From: the human T2T-CHM13v2.0 reference genome, Homo sapiens | Length of the DNA stretch: 64,000 bases | Direction: 5' to 3' (one strand) | NCBI RefSeq assembly: GCF_009914755.1 | Contig: NC_060933.1 | Part shown: one piece after another, positions 49,545 to 63,548 of the stretch | How the letters are laid out: each line of letters starts with the position of its first letter | How positions within the stretch are numbered: position 1 is the stretch's first letter | Translations under genes and position numbers: made by a program | Notes under the pieces: model-generated | Database searches by the model: none | What the model was told of the DNA's origin: nothing | The model's input: only the letters and a program-made list of their open reading frames with translations

Positions 49545-49930
49545 TTGGGACTGGCTATGCTATGTTGTGGTAACAATCTGTAAGTCTCAGTTGCTGGTGA
49601 CAAAGGTTTCTGCCTTGTTCACACTATCAGTACACTGAGGGGCAGCTGAGAGCTCTGTTCTAAATTCCCTTACTTGGGACCAAAGCTGATCAAGCAACCA
49701 CTGATCTAAATGTTGCTAGTCACTATGGCAGAGGTAAAAAAGATTGAAGGGGTGTGTCCTGCCAATTAAATGTTCTAATCCAGAAGTGACACATGTCAGA
49801 AGTCACATGTCACTTCTGCTTACAACTCATTGGCCAGAACTAGTCATAGGACCCCAGCCCATCATAAGGGGATTGGGAGACATTAAGTCTCCTATGTTCC
49901 CAGAAGGGAGAGTAATCAGATATTTGGAGA
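49545..49930. mobile_element. Old MLT1-type LTR
   Basis: ccagaagtgacacatgtc...cacttctgcttacaactcattggccagaactagtca. Boundaries are approximate. Confidence 0.6.
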
Positions 49931-50011
49931 ACAAAGGAATGCATGTGTGTATGTATAAATGTATATAAGCATATAGATATATATGTATTTTTACATTAAT
50001 GTGTGTATACA

Positions 50012-50208
50012 TAGTCATGCATCATTTAGCAATGGAAATATGTTCTGAGAAATGTGTCATCAGGTGATTTTTGTCATCATACAAACATCAGAGTGTACTC
50101 ACACAAACCTAGATGGTATAGCCTACTACACACCTAGCCTGTATGGCATATAGCCTATTTTTAGGCAGCAATTCTGTACAGCCTGTTACTCTACTGAATT
50201 CTGTAAGT
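50012..50208 (+). mobile_element. Tigger3/MER7-like TcMar DNA transposon fragment
   Basis: gttctgagaaatgtgtcatcaggtgatttt...gtgtactcacacaaacctagatggtatagcctactacacaccta. Confidence 0.8.
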
Positions 50209-51959
50209 AATTATAATTTACACCTATATCTTTGGCTTTCAGTGACTGTAAGCTTCTTGAAAGAAAGGCTAAACAATGTATCTACGTTTCCTAAAATATG
50301 AGAATTTCTTTCCTGAGACAAATATTGGCACCTGTGGTTGGGATAACATTTTACCCAGCAAGACCAAGAATCAATAAATAATGAATCCACATGCACAAAT
50401 ATTACTGCTTGTTATATTTTGCAGGGAGGGGAAACATTATATACATGAATAAACATTAGGATATGAATGTCCCTTTGCCTAATCTATGTGTGAATCTCAT
50501 GCCATACGTTGCATTAAGTAAACAAAAGTCCATGAAGAATTGCAGCTCCCATCTTCAGTAATGGTTATAAAAATAACCGCATCCATCTACTATGTAATTC
50601 CCCTGTGCCCAGCACTATGCTGGGTGCTTAATATGCTTAATGCCGTTCTGTCCTCAGCACAACCCTGCAGTGAGTGAGTACAGTCATCCCCATTTTAGAG
50701 GCAAATAGACTGAGGCCCCAGAGAGTTTAAACAAGTTGCCCACAGCTGGTGGGGGTCAGGATCAGGATCTAGATGCTTCTTTTATGCCACATTCATCTCT
50801 CTGCCTCTTCAATGTCCTCATTCCCTAGCTCCAAAATCAACTTCTCAGTATTCACTTCTTAGGAGTGAGTTTCTGGCCCTTTCAGCTTCTACAGTAGGAG
50901 GTGAGCTTCTGGCAAGGAAATTGCGGGGGAAGAGAGAGTCGCTGTTAGGAAGGCAGCCAGCAGTGGCTGCCTCCCCATAGCACATGGGACAGGGCTGAAG
51001 AAACTGGAAGTGTTTACTGCAGAGGAGAATAATGAAAGGGTATGATTGCTGTCTTCAAGCATCCTAAATCTTTTATATGAGTGTCTCTAGAAGGTAAGCC
51101 CAGTGCAATGGGTGGGGATTTCAGTAAGAATCTTCTAATATCCCAGCAGTCAAGAGAATGGACTTAACAGAGGGCAGGTCATGCAAGGTGTTCAGACAGA
51201 CTGGAAGGCGTCAGGCCATGGGGAAGGAGATGCACTCTGGAGTCAGAAAGACCTGGGTTGATCTAGTTCTGCCACATCTGAGCTCCGTGACATAGGACAG
51301 GTTATTTAAACACTGAGTCTCTCTTTCCTCATAAATTGAGCCAGATAATACCTATTCTGCAGGCTCATTATGAAAATTAGAAGTAATACATGCAGAGGAC
51401 TGCTATAGAGCAGTGGAAATAAGAATATCATAATCATTGCCTTAGATGGGACATCTCCCTTAGCACAGCTCTTTGAGATTCAAGAATCAAATGAGAAGGG
51501 TAGAGCACTGACTGGTATGACCTGTAGAGATCTCACTGGGGTAAAAAGGTCTTTATGAAGCATAATATCCTAAAATGTGGGCAATTTTTTTGCGGGGGAG
51601 GATTTCATGACAAGTTTTGAGAGCAGCACTGATTGGTGGGAGGCAGCAGTCTTGTTACAGAAATTTTTTTCTTTGTGACTGTTGGTGGAGGGGTTGGGAA
51701 TTTCCCATATTATGTGTACTTCATCTCCAATAAGGGATCAAGTTACTCTCTTTGACTTAACCGCAGCAAGCCTGTCATCGACCCTCTGTCTCGGTAAAAT
51801 TCTCACCACTGAGTTTACAGTTGATTGATTGTTCCTTCCACATACTATAATTGCTTCATTAGAAGCTTCAGATGGTTCATTGTGTTGGCAACTTCCTGTA
51901 AAACTGTCTGCACAATCAGGGCCAGATACATGCCACTGAGTCACCAGGGATTGAATATT

Positions 51960-52020
51960 TGCGTGTGTGTGTGTGCATGTGTGTGTGTGTGTGTGTGTGT
52001 GTGTCTGTCTGTCTGTCTGT
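51960..52020. repeat. (TG)n followed by (TCTG)n compound microsatellite
   Basis: Seen directly. Confidence 0.95.
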
Positions 52021-52542
52021 TTTCAAAAGGCAGACTATTATGCAGGGTTTATTCCATGGCTGAGGGGCAGCATCTGAGTGACCTCAGCCACCCCAGGGCA
52101 TCAGTTACCATCTGTTTATTAACAGCTCTTCAATTTCTAGCTCCAGCCCAAGATCTCTTCCCTGATCTTCAGAATGAGATAGCAAAATGCCTCAAGGTAT
52201 GATCCCACAAGCATCTCCAACTCAACATCCCTAATCTTGAGCTGATGATCCCCACTGCACCTCACTCCGCTAAAACCAGTGATCTCTCTCATTCCCCATC
52301 TCAGCAAATGGCATCACCATCCAGCAGTTGCACAGGCAGATTTCTGCCCATTGTCTGTTCTCCCTCACACTCTACACCCAGTCAGCAAGCCCTGTGAATT
52401 CTTTCTTCCACGCCTTTTTCTTCAGGTCCATTCCCTCATTCCCACAGTCACTTCCATTGCTTAAGCTACCACTATTTATTCCATGGGCTACAGCAACAGC
52501 CTCTTTCATTTGTGCTCCCTCCAAGCTCAAAAAGATGGCCAG

Positions 52543-52675
52543 TGCTGGGCATGGTGGTTCATATCTGTAATCCCAGATACTCAGGAAGCTGAGGCAGAAG
52601 GATCACTTGAGCCCAGGAGCTCGAGGCCAGCCTGGGCAATATAGAAAGACCCCATCTCTAAAAACAACAAAAAAC
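52543..52675 (+). mobile_element. Alu left monomer (FLAM-like)
   Basis: gctgggcatggtggttcatatctgtaatcccag...ggatcacttgagcccaggagctcgaggccagcctgggcaatatagaaagaccccatctct followed by an A-tail. Confidence 0.85.
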
Positions 52676-52771
52676 CCTCAAACTGATAACATCACTTGCA
52701 TATTTAAAACTCTTTAAAAACTTTATGCTGCAGTATACTTTTTTCCTTAGCATCTTGTATTCCTTTTTTAC

Positions 52772-53077
<306 letters not shown>

Positions 53078-53632
53078 TAAAAAAATAATCCTTATTTCTC
53101 ATAACACTCTTTTTCCCTGACATCAAGGGTCGTGTCTTTCTTATTCACCACAGTATATCCCCATGATTAGCAGCTGTTAGCCACAGAGAAGGAGCTCAGG
53201 AACCATCCACAGCCACGAAAGAACAAAATAGGAGGTCATCTTGTTAGCTGACATTTCTCCCTATAGTCTAAAATGTCTTCGGGGACGGAGAATGGAGCTC
53301 TTCAAATATCAAATGGGCAGAACGTAACAAATAAGTCTACCCGGAGTATGAGATGCAAGCCTTTCACAAATGTGCCTCTCCAGCCTTAGCTCTACCAAAT
53401 CCCATCCTTTCCTCTCACCTCCATTACTGCTGTCTGTGCTCCAAGTGGCCAGAACTGTCCTCTCCTGTCTGCAAACACCCCAGGCCCATTCACATGCTCA
53501 TTCATATCACCATTGCTTTTGCACATGTGTTCCTCTGCCTTTTCCTTCCTTCCTTCTCCACCCAGGGAAATTCTGCTCATCCTCAGTGGCCACTTCTTTG
53601 ACTACCCCAGGTAAAGATAGTTGCTCCTACCT

Positions 53633-53994
53633 TGGGTTAGTCAGTTCAGGCTGCCATAAACAAAACACCATAGACTGGGTGGCTTAAAGAACAGACACTC
53701 ATTTCTCACACTTCTGGAGGCTGAAGTCCAAGATCAGGGTGCCAGCATGGTCAGGTTCTGGTGAGGGCTCTCTTCCTGGGTTGCAGGTGGCTACCTTCTC
53801 TCTGTGTCCTCACATGGTGGTGGGAGAGAGAGAGAAAGCTCTCTGGTCTCTTCTTTTAAGGGCGCTCATCTATGAGGACTCTACCCTCATGACCTCATTT
53901 GAATCTGATTAACCTTCAAAGGCCTCACCTGCAAATAACATCATATTGGGGTTAGGGCTTCAATATATGAATTTTCAGGGGGATACAAACATTC
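53633..53994 (-). mobile_element. MLT1A-type LTR
   Basis: caggctgccataaacaaaacaccatagactgggtggctta...tctggtgagggctctcttcctgg...ggggttagggcttcaatatatgaattt. Confidence 0.88.
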
Positions 53995-54139
53995 CTCACT
54001 CCGTAAATCTCTTTATCCTACCTTCCTACTTTACTATGTGTAATCATTATAATGACTACAAATATCAAGCACTTACTATGTGTTTCATATTTTTTTTATT
54101 TCATTCAATTCTCATTCTTATCCTAAGAGGGTAGGTAAT

Positions 54140-54569
54140 TGATATGGCTTGAATATTTGTTCCCTCCAAATCTCAAGTTAAAATGTGATCCTCAGTGTTG
54201 GAGGTGGGACTGAGTGGGAGGTGTTTGGGTCCCCAGGGCAGATCACTCATGCATGAATGGCCTGGTGCCCTCCTGGTGGTAACATGGTAATGAGTGAGTT
54301 CTTGCTCTATTAGTTTATGCAAAATCTGATTGTTAAAAAGAGGCTGGCACATCCTCCCCTCTCTCTTGCTCCTTCTCTTGCCACATGACAGGCCCTCTCC
54401 CCCTTCACCTTCTGCTACGATTTAAAGCTTCCTGAGGCCCTCACCAGAAGCAGATACTGGCACTATATTTCTTGTACAGCCTGCAGAGCCATGAGCCAAA
54501 TAAACCTCTTTATAAATGGTCCAGCCTTGGGTATTCCTTTATAGCAACGTTAAATGGACTAATAATACA
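54140..54569 (+). mobile_element. MST (MSTB-like) LTR inserted into a MIR
   Basis: tgatatggcttgaatatttgttccctccaaatctca...gaggccctcaccagaagcagat...gagccaaataaacctct...aataca. Confidence 0.88.
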
Positions 54570-54730
54570 GCACTTTTGTCCCTATCTCAGAAATGAGGAA
54601 AAAGTCACAGAGTAGATAGACCATTTGCCCAAAGTCTTACAACCACCAAGGGGTGGCCCTACCCAAGCCTGGAATCAGGGGCTCCTGACCCCAAAACCAA
54701 AGACTAACCACTCTCTTGTATTGCCTAGAG

Positions 54731-55039
54731 CAGGAGTTGGTGAATGTTTTCTGTAAAGGGCCAAATAGTAAATATTTTAGGCTTTGCAGGGCATATGTTC
54801 TCTATCATAACTACTCAACTCTGCCATTATAGCACAAAAGCAGCCATAGAAAATATATAAATGAATGAGCATGGCCTTGTTCCAATAAAACTTTATTTAT
54901 GGACTCTGAAATTTGAATTTCATATAGTTTTCATGTGTCACAAAATAGTCTTCTTTTGATTTTTTTCCCAACCATTTAAAAATGTAAAACCAATCTTAGC
55001 TCACAGGCTGTACAAAAACACATAGTATGCTGATCCCTG
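54731..55039 (-). mobile_element. MER58B-like DNA transposon
   Basis: caggagttggtgaatgttttctgtaaagggccaaatagtaaatattttaggctttgc...ttccaataaaactttattta. Confidence 0.85.
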
Positions 55040-55588
55040 GCCTAAACCACTACATTGAACTTAGAATAGTAATTAGTTTTTAAACATATCTCTCTTCTCC
55101 AATTCCCCCTGACCTTCTCAAGCAGGAGCCTGCAGTACTCATTCTGTTTCTCCAACAGCCCACTTAACATTTTCCTCTTCAGTGTCTTTTCATACAGTAT
55201 AGGGCTGCTTCCTTACCACCTTCATGTCCTTGTCCTTCTCAGCGAGGTTGGCCCTGGCCACACATCTAAAAGTGTAGCAGCCTCCTCTACAATTCATGCC
55301 CTTTATCCTGTTTTATCTTTCTCCTTTGTACTTCTCAAGCACATCATTTTATAACCAAGCATGTAGTCTTTCCATTTATCTTGTTATTTATCTTGTTTAG
55401 TGTCCCCAGTAGAATGTTAGTTACTTGCAGGCAAGCACTTCCCTTTTGTACACTGCTGTAAACCCAGAACCTAGAAGGGTATGTAGCGCATAGTAAGAGC
55501 AAAATAAATATTTTCTTAAGGAATCATTCACTTATCTAAGTCATTTTAAAAATCCAGCACAGAGTAGATTCTCAAAATTAAAAGCTTA

Positions 55589-55886
55589 GGCTGGGCACAA
55601 TGGCTTAATGCCAGTAAACCCAGCATTTTGAGAGGACGAAGTGGGCAGATCACTTGAGGTCAGGAGATCCAGACCAGCCTGGCCAACATGGTGAAACCCC
55701 ATCTCTACTAAAGATACAAAACTTAGCCAGGTGTGGTGGCAGGCACATGTAATCCCAGCTACTCAGGAGGCTGAGGTAGGAGAATCACTTGAACCCAGGA
55801 GGCGGAGGTTGCAGTGAGCAGAGATCACGCCTTTGCACTCCAGCCTGGGCGACAGAGCAAGACTCCATCTCAAAAAACAAAAACAA
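55589..55886 (+). mobile_element. AluS element
   Basis: Full dimeric Alu (ggctgggcaca...gatcacttgaggtcagga...gcaagactccatctc) plus an A-tail. Confidence 0.95.
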
Positions 55887-57562
55887 TTAAATGAACAGCT
55901 AGATGAGGTATGGATCATGTTTCCTCCCAAGATCTTATGCTTTTGGGTTTGTAGAAAATCTCTCGTTTTCTATGGAGTATGTAGAGGGCAGAAACGGGCC
56001 CTTGCTTTGTCTATCTGATCTCCCTGTTAGACGCTGATCTGCACTGAGGTTTCTTGGAGGTGTGAACTCCTGACCCTGTTCCTTCTGGAATGCTGGGCTG
56101 GAGTATCTCAGGGAGGAGGCAGGACGTGACTAGGGCAAGGGGATCAGCCTCAGACGGGAGCAGCAGATGGAGCCGGGGACAGCTTGGTAAGGAAGGCCTG
56201 GAATCCTGGCAGGAAAGAGAAAAGGTGCATGCCAGGGTTCCCGGGCGGGCTGGCAGAGTAGAACAGGCTTCTTGTTAAGTTAATTGAGGTAATTTCTGCT
56301 GCCACCTTTTGGATAGTAGCAAAATTCTCTTTCCACCAGCCACTGATCATATCTCTGCCTCCTGCCACATTTCATTGTACAGACAGTGCACTAAATTTAG
56401 CTACATTTATTTAGCTGTTCCTTAAAACTTTGTCACTTAAAAAATAATTATAGGATTTCTCTGACAGACTGCAATACACAGAGTGCACCAAATTACAGGT
56501 ATAATTTGGAGATCCAACTGGGATCACCAAATAAAATTGACAGCAGCGGCCTAATTCCAGAATAATCCATGTGGCACTGGAGAGGATTTGTTCCTTAGGC
56601 CCCTCTCCTTAATCTGTGTATTGAGCCAAAAGGTCAAAGAAACCAAAGCAAAATAAAGGAAGTGGCCTTTAGGCCAAGGTATGGACCCCGGGGAAGTCCA
56701 GCCTTCCTTCTGCTTGGCAGAACTGGGCAGACCACCAGGCCCCAGACGTGCTCTCCCCGAGTGCAAAGAAAGTTAACTTCCATCCTTCCACCCAGCCAGG
56801 AGCCTGACAAGGTGAGCTCTAGGAGAGAAGGGCTTCATTAATTTTTAAATTTTTCTTTTGCATTTTCTGTGATTGTGAACTACAGAAACCAAGGTTTGGC
56901 TCCCAAGGAAAAATTGATGCTCAGGAAGAAAACAGCAGGTCCTTCTGGGAAGTGAAGACACCACTCAGCAGAGCCTAAGTGGACATAAAGCCACAGAGTG
57001 ATGGATAATTGTGTTACCAATTCATTTCACAAACGGTGCTGAGGTCCTGCTGAGCTGCTGCTTTTGTACAGACCCTGGGGACACACAAGCCAATCAGAAA
57101 AGTAAGGGAGACCTATTCAGCCTAAAACCTTCTGCAGATGCTACAGAAGGGCCCTAGAGGGGCAGAGAGAGCCAGGCTTGGGGTCATGCCTCGGGGAGCA
57201 GCTGGGCACAGAGGCCAGGAACTGGCAAGGAGGATGGCGCCGCCCTATTGGTGATTTTTGATGTCTGTGGATTTCCTCCTCTCTAAATCAAGCTCTGTTC
57301 TTCTCAGATACATCATTGTGGCTTTCAGGTAGGAATAAAGAACTCTCTGGCAAGGGATATTTCCCTGGGGAGCTGGGTGGAGTCTAGAGCATCCCTTCAG
57401 AAGTTAGCACTTCAGAGGTTGATTTCTGGAACAACTGGTGGCTAGGAGCACCGCCAGCATTAATACAGCGAGATAGTCCAGTTGGAAGGAATCTTTCCGA
57501 TTTTCTGTTCCAAGATCTGTGTTGTTAACATTGCTAACTCAAGCCCCAGAACAGTTAAGTGA

Positions 57563-57981
<419 letters not shown>

Positions 57982-60900
57982 CAGGGCTACCATTTTTAAT
58001 GCAACTCCTGGCTAGTACAAAGAGTACTAGTTTTGGAGCCAGATGATTTTGAATTTGAATCCAGGCCCTGGCACACACCAATTCTGAGGCCTAAGTAAGT
58101 CTCTCAAAGTTACTGTTTCCTCATCTGTAAAATGGAGACAGTCATTTCCTGCTGGGCCTCCTGTATTGTGTGGTTAAAAAGATCAAATGATCCAGGTTGG
58201 GAGAAAGTGCTTTGTAAGTTGCAAGGCACTGAATGAATACCGCTCATGGTCATATTGCCATCTGTAGCTGAGATCCCAAAGGAGCCCAACTTTCCAACAG
58301 GAGCCCTAAACAGAACAGCAGAACAGTGTCCCCAGAGCACCTAGAAGGCAGGAAGCAGGCCTCAGCACCACCCCACTGTCCATCCTTCCCTCTGTCCACT
58401 TCCTCTCCCACAGGGCCTGAGAAGAGTGAGCTGCAAATCTTTCCGTATTGCACAGTAGCTCTGAGTCCCTGGCTATGCAATAGCCATGAGGAAAATCCAG
58501 GGCATTTGACTAGTTCTTTCCTGCTGGTGTGAACATCTCAATTCTCAGCCTTTGCCTTGTTTCCCAAGGCCTTTGGGTATGTAGAGGACCCTGTCCTTGG
58601 GAGGACCCTGTCCTTGGGTTCCACCCATCTCCCATGGAACCAGAGGCTACCCTGCAGTCTGGAAGGGGTGACAGCAAATTTTTAGGACCACAGACTGGGA
58701 TGGCTAGTAGTTGGCAGCTGGCCCTGGCCTTTGATCACTGCTTCTGCAAAGCCTATGACCAGAACCAGCAGCCCAGATTTCTGCAGCTCACCTGCAGGAC
58801 CCTACACAGTCACAAACCCTGCTAGTACCTAGGGAGGCAGAGGACAGACTTGAGCTGCCACTGCAGATAGCCTAACTGGTGACCATCTCTGAGTGTAACC
58901 TCCTGCACTAACTAATGCACAACATTACTATTCACTGAGCACCTGCTATATGTCAGGGACTTCCCCAAGCACTATTGACTTGGTCTTCTAATGCCTGCTA
59001 AGTAAGAAACAATTGTTTCTATTACACAAATGAGGAAATGAGAGTCCAGAAAGGTTGTAAAATTTGCCCAAGGTCATGCAGCTAACAACAACATTAATAA
59101 AGCAGTAATGAGTGCTTTCAATTGTGGATTTTCTCAACAACCCCTACAATAACCTGGAGAGGGTTAGAACGCTCCCTGTCTTGTAGATGAGAAGGCTGGG
59201 TACGGAAGAAGCTAATGACTTGCCCACTCACATAGATAGCAAATTACCATTGATCTGTAGTCAAATCCATGCCCCACTTATGTGGTTTCCAACCCACATG
59301 GGCTGGTGCTGGATTTAGACCCAACATTTCTGATGCTAACCCCAGTGTTCATGCCCCAGTCCCGGTCATTTGGAATTCTTGCTGCAGAATCACCACAGAA
59401 TCACCAAGGTAGCCTTTTCCAAGCGTAGGTTCTGAGATTCTGCCTCTGAAGACCTGTTTCAGCAGATCTGGTAAGGGCCTATGTGGCTGTGTTTATAACA
59501 CATGCCACAGGTACTTGCAGTGCTTGAAAAGCACGAGGTTCTATTACAGCTTCCCTAACTGCCAAGGTTTCTAATGGCAAATCCTGCCTCGTAGGTTTCC
59601 ATCTTCCATCCTTAACTTACAGCGTCACCACAACTGGCTCTGTCCTTGCCTCCATCACTGACAACCTGCCTTCGCTGTAAGTCCAGAGGCCGCTTTCAGA
59701 TGCTTACCTCAGTTGGCTTCTCAGTGGCCACCAACGCCTGTGACCACTCCTCATTCCTGATTCTCCATAACATTCCTTTTCTCCTGGTTTTCCTCCCATA
59801 CTACTCGGGCCTCTTCTTTTAATTAAGTCTCCTAACTGACTTCCGGCCTCATTCTGTCTCTCCCCAGGACTTTGTGTTCAGCCACATTCTTTTGCCATTT
59901 TCCTTGCCCTGGGTGACCTCATCCACCCCATGGCTTCAATTGCTCCCTCTGTGTGGATAATGCACATCACCTACCCAGAGCTCCCTGAAATCCCCAAGCC
60001 TCTTGATAGTGTCCACCCGGCTATCTCACAAGGCACCTCAAATGCAGCATGTCTGTAACGGATGACAGAGTCTTCTCTGGCTACTACTGCTGTCTCATCT
60101 CTGTGAAGGATCACTCATGGGTCACTGAAGGCAGAGACCTGGTGGTTTATGTTGGGGGGTGTTTCCCCAACCCCTCCTGCATCAAGTTATTACCAAATGC
60201 CAGATATTCTAGCTCCTAACTTCCCAAGGAGCACCCCCAGGTCCCCATCTACATGGCCTCTGTCCCAGTTCTTTCTCTTCAGGGCCCTGATGGATCCCTT
60301 TAGTGTCTTTCTGACCAGGTTCTTATCCACCCAATGCACTCTCCTCCCAGTAGCCAGGCCACATGCCTACTGAAAACCATGAAGTATTTCCCTATTGCTT
60401 CAGGGTAAAATCCCAGTCTTTTATCTCCTGCCCAAAGCACTTCCTGAGGGGGCCAGACTTTCCTTTCCAGCCACATCCCCTGCAACTCCCCATCAAACAG
60501 TTCTATCTGTGCTCCAGGCACTTAGACCTGCACACAGTTCTGGGAAAGCTTCAGGGTCTTTTGATATCTTTGCACATGCTGTTCTCTCTGGCAGGAAGAG
60601 ACTTTGCTGACTTCTGCACTTAACACTATCTCCTTCTCCACTGTTCATCCTTCAAGTCTCCCTCAGGAGCCACCACCTCTAGAAGCCCTCCCTGACTGCT
60701 GGGTTTGGGCAGGTACCCCTCCCTTGCCTGCCACAGCAGCCTGTGACCCCTCTTTCCCAGAGTTTACCACCAACCATGAACCATCACTCTCCCTCCCAGT
60801 GGAACACCAGCAACTTCCCATTTTGTTCATCTCTCTCTGTCCAGAGCACAGGTCAGTACAAGTGGCACTTAATAAATGTCTGTGGCCTAATAATGATGAA

Positions 60901-62869
60901 AATAATAACATGTGCCAAACACTTACTGAGGACTTAAGACTACCAGGCACCATATTAATTATGGACATTGTATCACTTAACCCATACAACAACCCTATAA
61001 GGAAACTCTAATTCTCATTCCCATTTTATAGATGAGGAAACTGAGGTGGGGGATGTTAGTTAATTTACCCAAGGTGACACATTTAGTAAGTGATGGAGTG
61101 GGAACCAAAGCCCCGTCAAATTAATGAATAAAGGAGGAAATTGTGACTCTGGCTTGACCCTGCGCTCAAAATTGAGATAGGACCACATGTCAGTAGTAAT
61201 ATTTAATCGTGTCATCCTGAGTAAAAGTCACTGGGAAATCAACTCCGAATTCACTGTGGGAAAGAGAAGACCTTTAGCTTTTTAAAACTAACCAGCCATC
61301 CTGCAACCCTGAGAACCTGAAGTAAGCATTCCTAAGACATTCCTAAGAAAAACATGTGCGAGGTTGTCCTCCTGAGTCTCCCTTCCCCTGACTCCTCCCT
61401 CTCCCTCCTCCTGCACTGTCCACTGAATAAGTCCCAGTTCCACCTTGCTTCCCCGGCAGCCAGAGGGGCCATCTGCAGAGAACCACAAACTCCATCTCTT
61501 CAATTACCCCCAATTCCCAGCTGCTCCGGGAACACATGAGGGCAGAAAAATGGCTTGAAATCTGTATGCGGGAGAGGTTGGGAAGGTTGAAGAGAGCAAT
61601 TTTTGTTTCACATCATTCCTTTGTATAATGTTGTATCCTTCTGACAAGTCCCCATAATACATCTTAACTTCACCAATTGCTGCCTTAAGAGAAAACAGTG
61701 AAGACCTATCTTTAATGTCAAAGGAACAATGGGCGTCCTTCCAGAGGAGGAAAATGACTTGCTTTGAAAGAGTTGAAGAAGAAAAGTGCAAAATGTTCCA
61801 GCTTAACGTGAGGGGGGAGAAAGTCAGCAGCTGTGTACTGCCACGTCCGCTCCCCGGCTGCACGACTAGGGCGGCCCTGCCAGCTACATCTTTCTGTTGG
61901 ACCCACAGGCTGAGGAGGGCGCCTCTTAGCTTAAGTGGGGGCAGATAGTGGGTGTTTATTCCTAGGGAAAGTCGAGCCAGCTCCTCTCGGCCCAGGTGTG
62001 CCTGTGGGTGTGTATACCTGGATGTAGAGTTGCTGCAGTTCCCACTTATTGAAATCTGCTTTGCCTTCAAAGACAATGGGGACCTGAATGCTTAAGTGGC
62101 ATGCCTGGGAACTTCAGCCACTGGCTGTTGTTCTTCCTCCAGAGCATTCTGTTTGCACCTGATTTTCTCCACATGTGGCCACTCTCCACCAGGCATTGAG
62201 ATGCAGATAGATTCTAACCAACTTTGGCACAAAGTCTCAGTGGACTAAAGATTATTTAGGTCCACCTCATTAGACTTTTCCCCATAGGTTGGGAACTTCT
62301 TCGTCTACCTTTCCATTTTCAGATTTGGCACTGCTACACCAAGCTCCTTGCAACTTTCTGATTGTGCAATTTCATGAATTCCTGTCCTGTGCCCTGGTGC
62401 CTTTGCACATGCTGTTCCCTTTGTCTGAAATTCCCCTGGGAAGTCCTGTTCATTTCTTTAAGACTCAGCTCAAATATTTCCTCCTTCTGGAAGCCTATGT
62501 GACCTTTTAAGTGAGTTTATTACCCCCCTCCTTTGGATGCCAGGCTACTTCTACTATAGCAGACATTACCCTGAATGAAATTTATTGATTTACATGATGC
62601 CTCTATTAGGTGATGATGGTTTCGGAAGCAGGGACTTTGTTTATTCATATAGAGATAGATATTATAGGTATAGATACAGACATATGTCCACAGCCTGGAC
62701 CTAGCTCAGTGCCAGGCACATTGTATATGCACAATAAATCCTTTTTGGATGAGAGGATCTAAACCTGAGGTCCTTAATCCTGGCTCAAAATTAGATTTAC
62801 CTGGGAGATTATGTCTAACGCATCTCAATAACAGGTTCCTACCCTAAACTAAATTAATTAGAGTCTCTG

Positions 62870-63056
62870 GATCGCTATGTAACTTGCATTTGAATCACCT
62901 TAGAGGGCTCATTAAACACAAATGGCTGACCTCCACCCCCAGAGTTTCTAATTCAGTTGGTCTGAAGTGGGCCCTAGAATTTCCATTTCTAACAAGTTCC
63001 GAGGTGATGTGGATGATGGGGGGATCTGAGGACCACACTTTGAGAACCACTATCTA
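62870..63056. mobile_element. MER5A-like DNA transposon
   Basis: gaatcaccttagagggctcattaaacaca...ccccagagtttctaattcag...gaccacactttgagaaccact. Confidence 0.8.
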
Positions 63057-63310
63057 GGCCCAGGACTTCCCTACTTATCCATTTCAATCAGCTTGAACCA
63101 GCTGAGACGCTCTTGCATATCCTGAAGTGGTCTAAGTGCTGTGAATTTGAGTCAGGGTTCCCTGCTTGCCCTAAAAAGGCTTCAAAGCAGCTTCCCAAAT
63201 TTCAATGTGCATAAAAATCACCTGGAATCTGTTAAATTACTGAACCTAATAAAGTAGGTCTGAGATTCTGCACTTGTAACAAGTTCTTAAGCAATGCCTA
63301 CATTCCAGAG

Positions 63311-63548
63311 CAGGAACTGGCAAACTTTTTCTGTAAAGGGTAAGATACTAAATATTGTCAGTTTTATTGGCCATAGAGTCTCTGTAGCAATTACTCAACT
63401 CTGCATTATAACCTGAAAGCAACCACAAACAATACAAAAGTGAATGGGCATTTTCATTCATAAATGAATGGGCATTTCAAAACTTTATTTACAACAACAG
63501 GTGGGAAAGACAGGATTTTGCTCATGGGTCATAGTTTGCTGAGTCTGC
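63311..63548. mobile_element. MER58A DNA transposon
   Basis: caggaactggcaaactttttctgtaaaggg...actcaactctgc...aaaactttatttacaa. The 8-bp TSD is TTCCAGAG/TTCTAGAG (63303-63310 and 63549-63556). Confidence 0.87.

Noticed and set aside
49782-49817. 10-bp inverted repeat AGAAGTGACA/TGTCACTTCT
   Set aside because: It appears to be inherited from the MLT1 consensus, with only a small local duplication between the arms.
57225-57255. CTCF-like motif (ggatggcgccgccctattggtg)
   Set aside because: It needs a gap or several core mismatches on either strand and cannot be supported without a PWM scan or ChIP data.
61504-62076. 190-aa minus-strand ORF (and the 178-aa ORF at 13999-14535)
   Set aside because: There is no recognisable domain or coding-like composition and no supporting exon structure. 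The lengths are compatible with chance in 64 kb across six frames.
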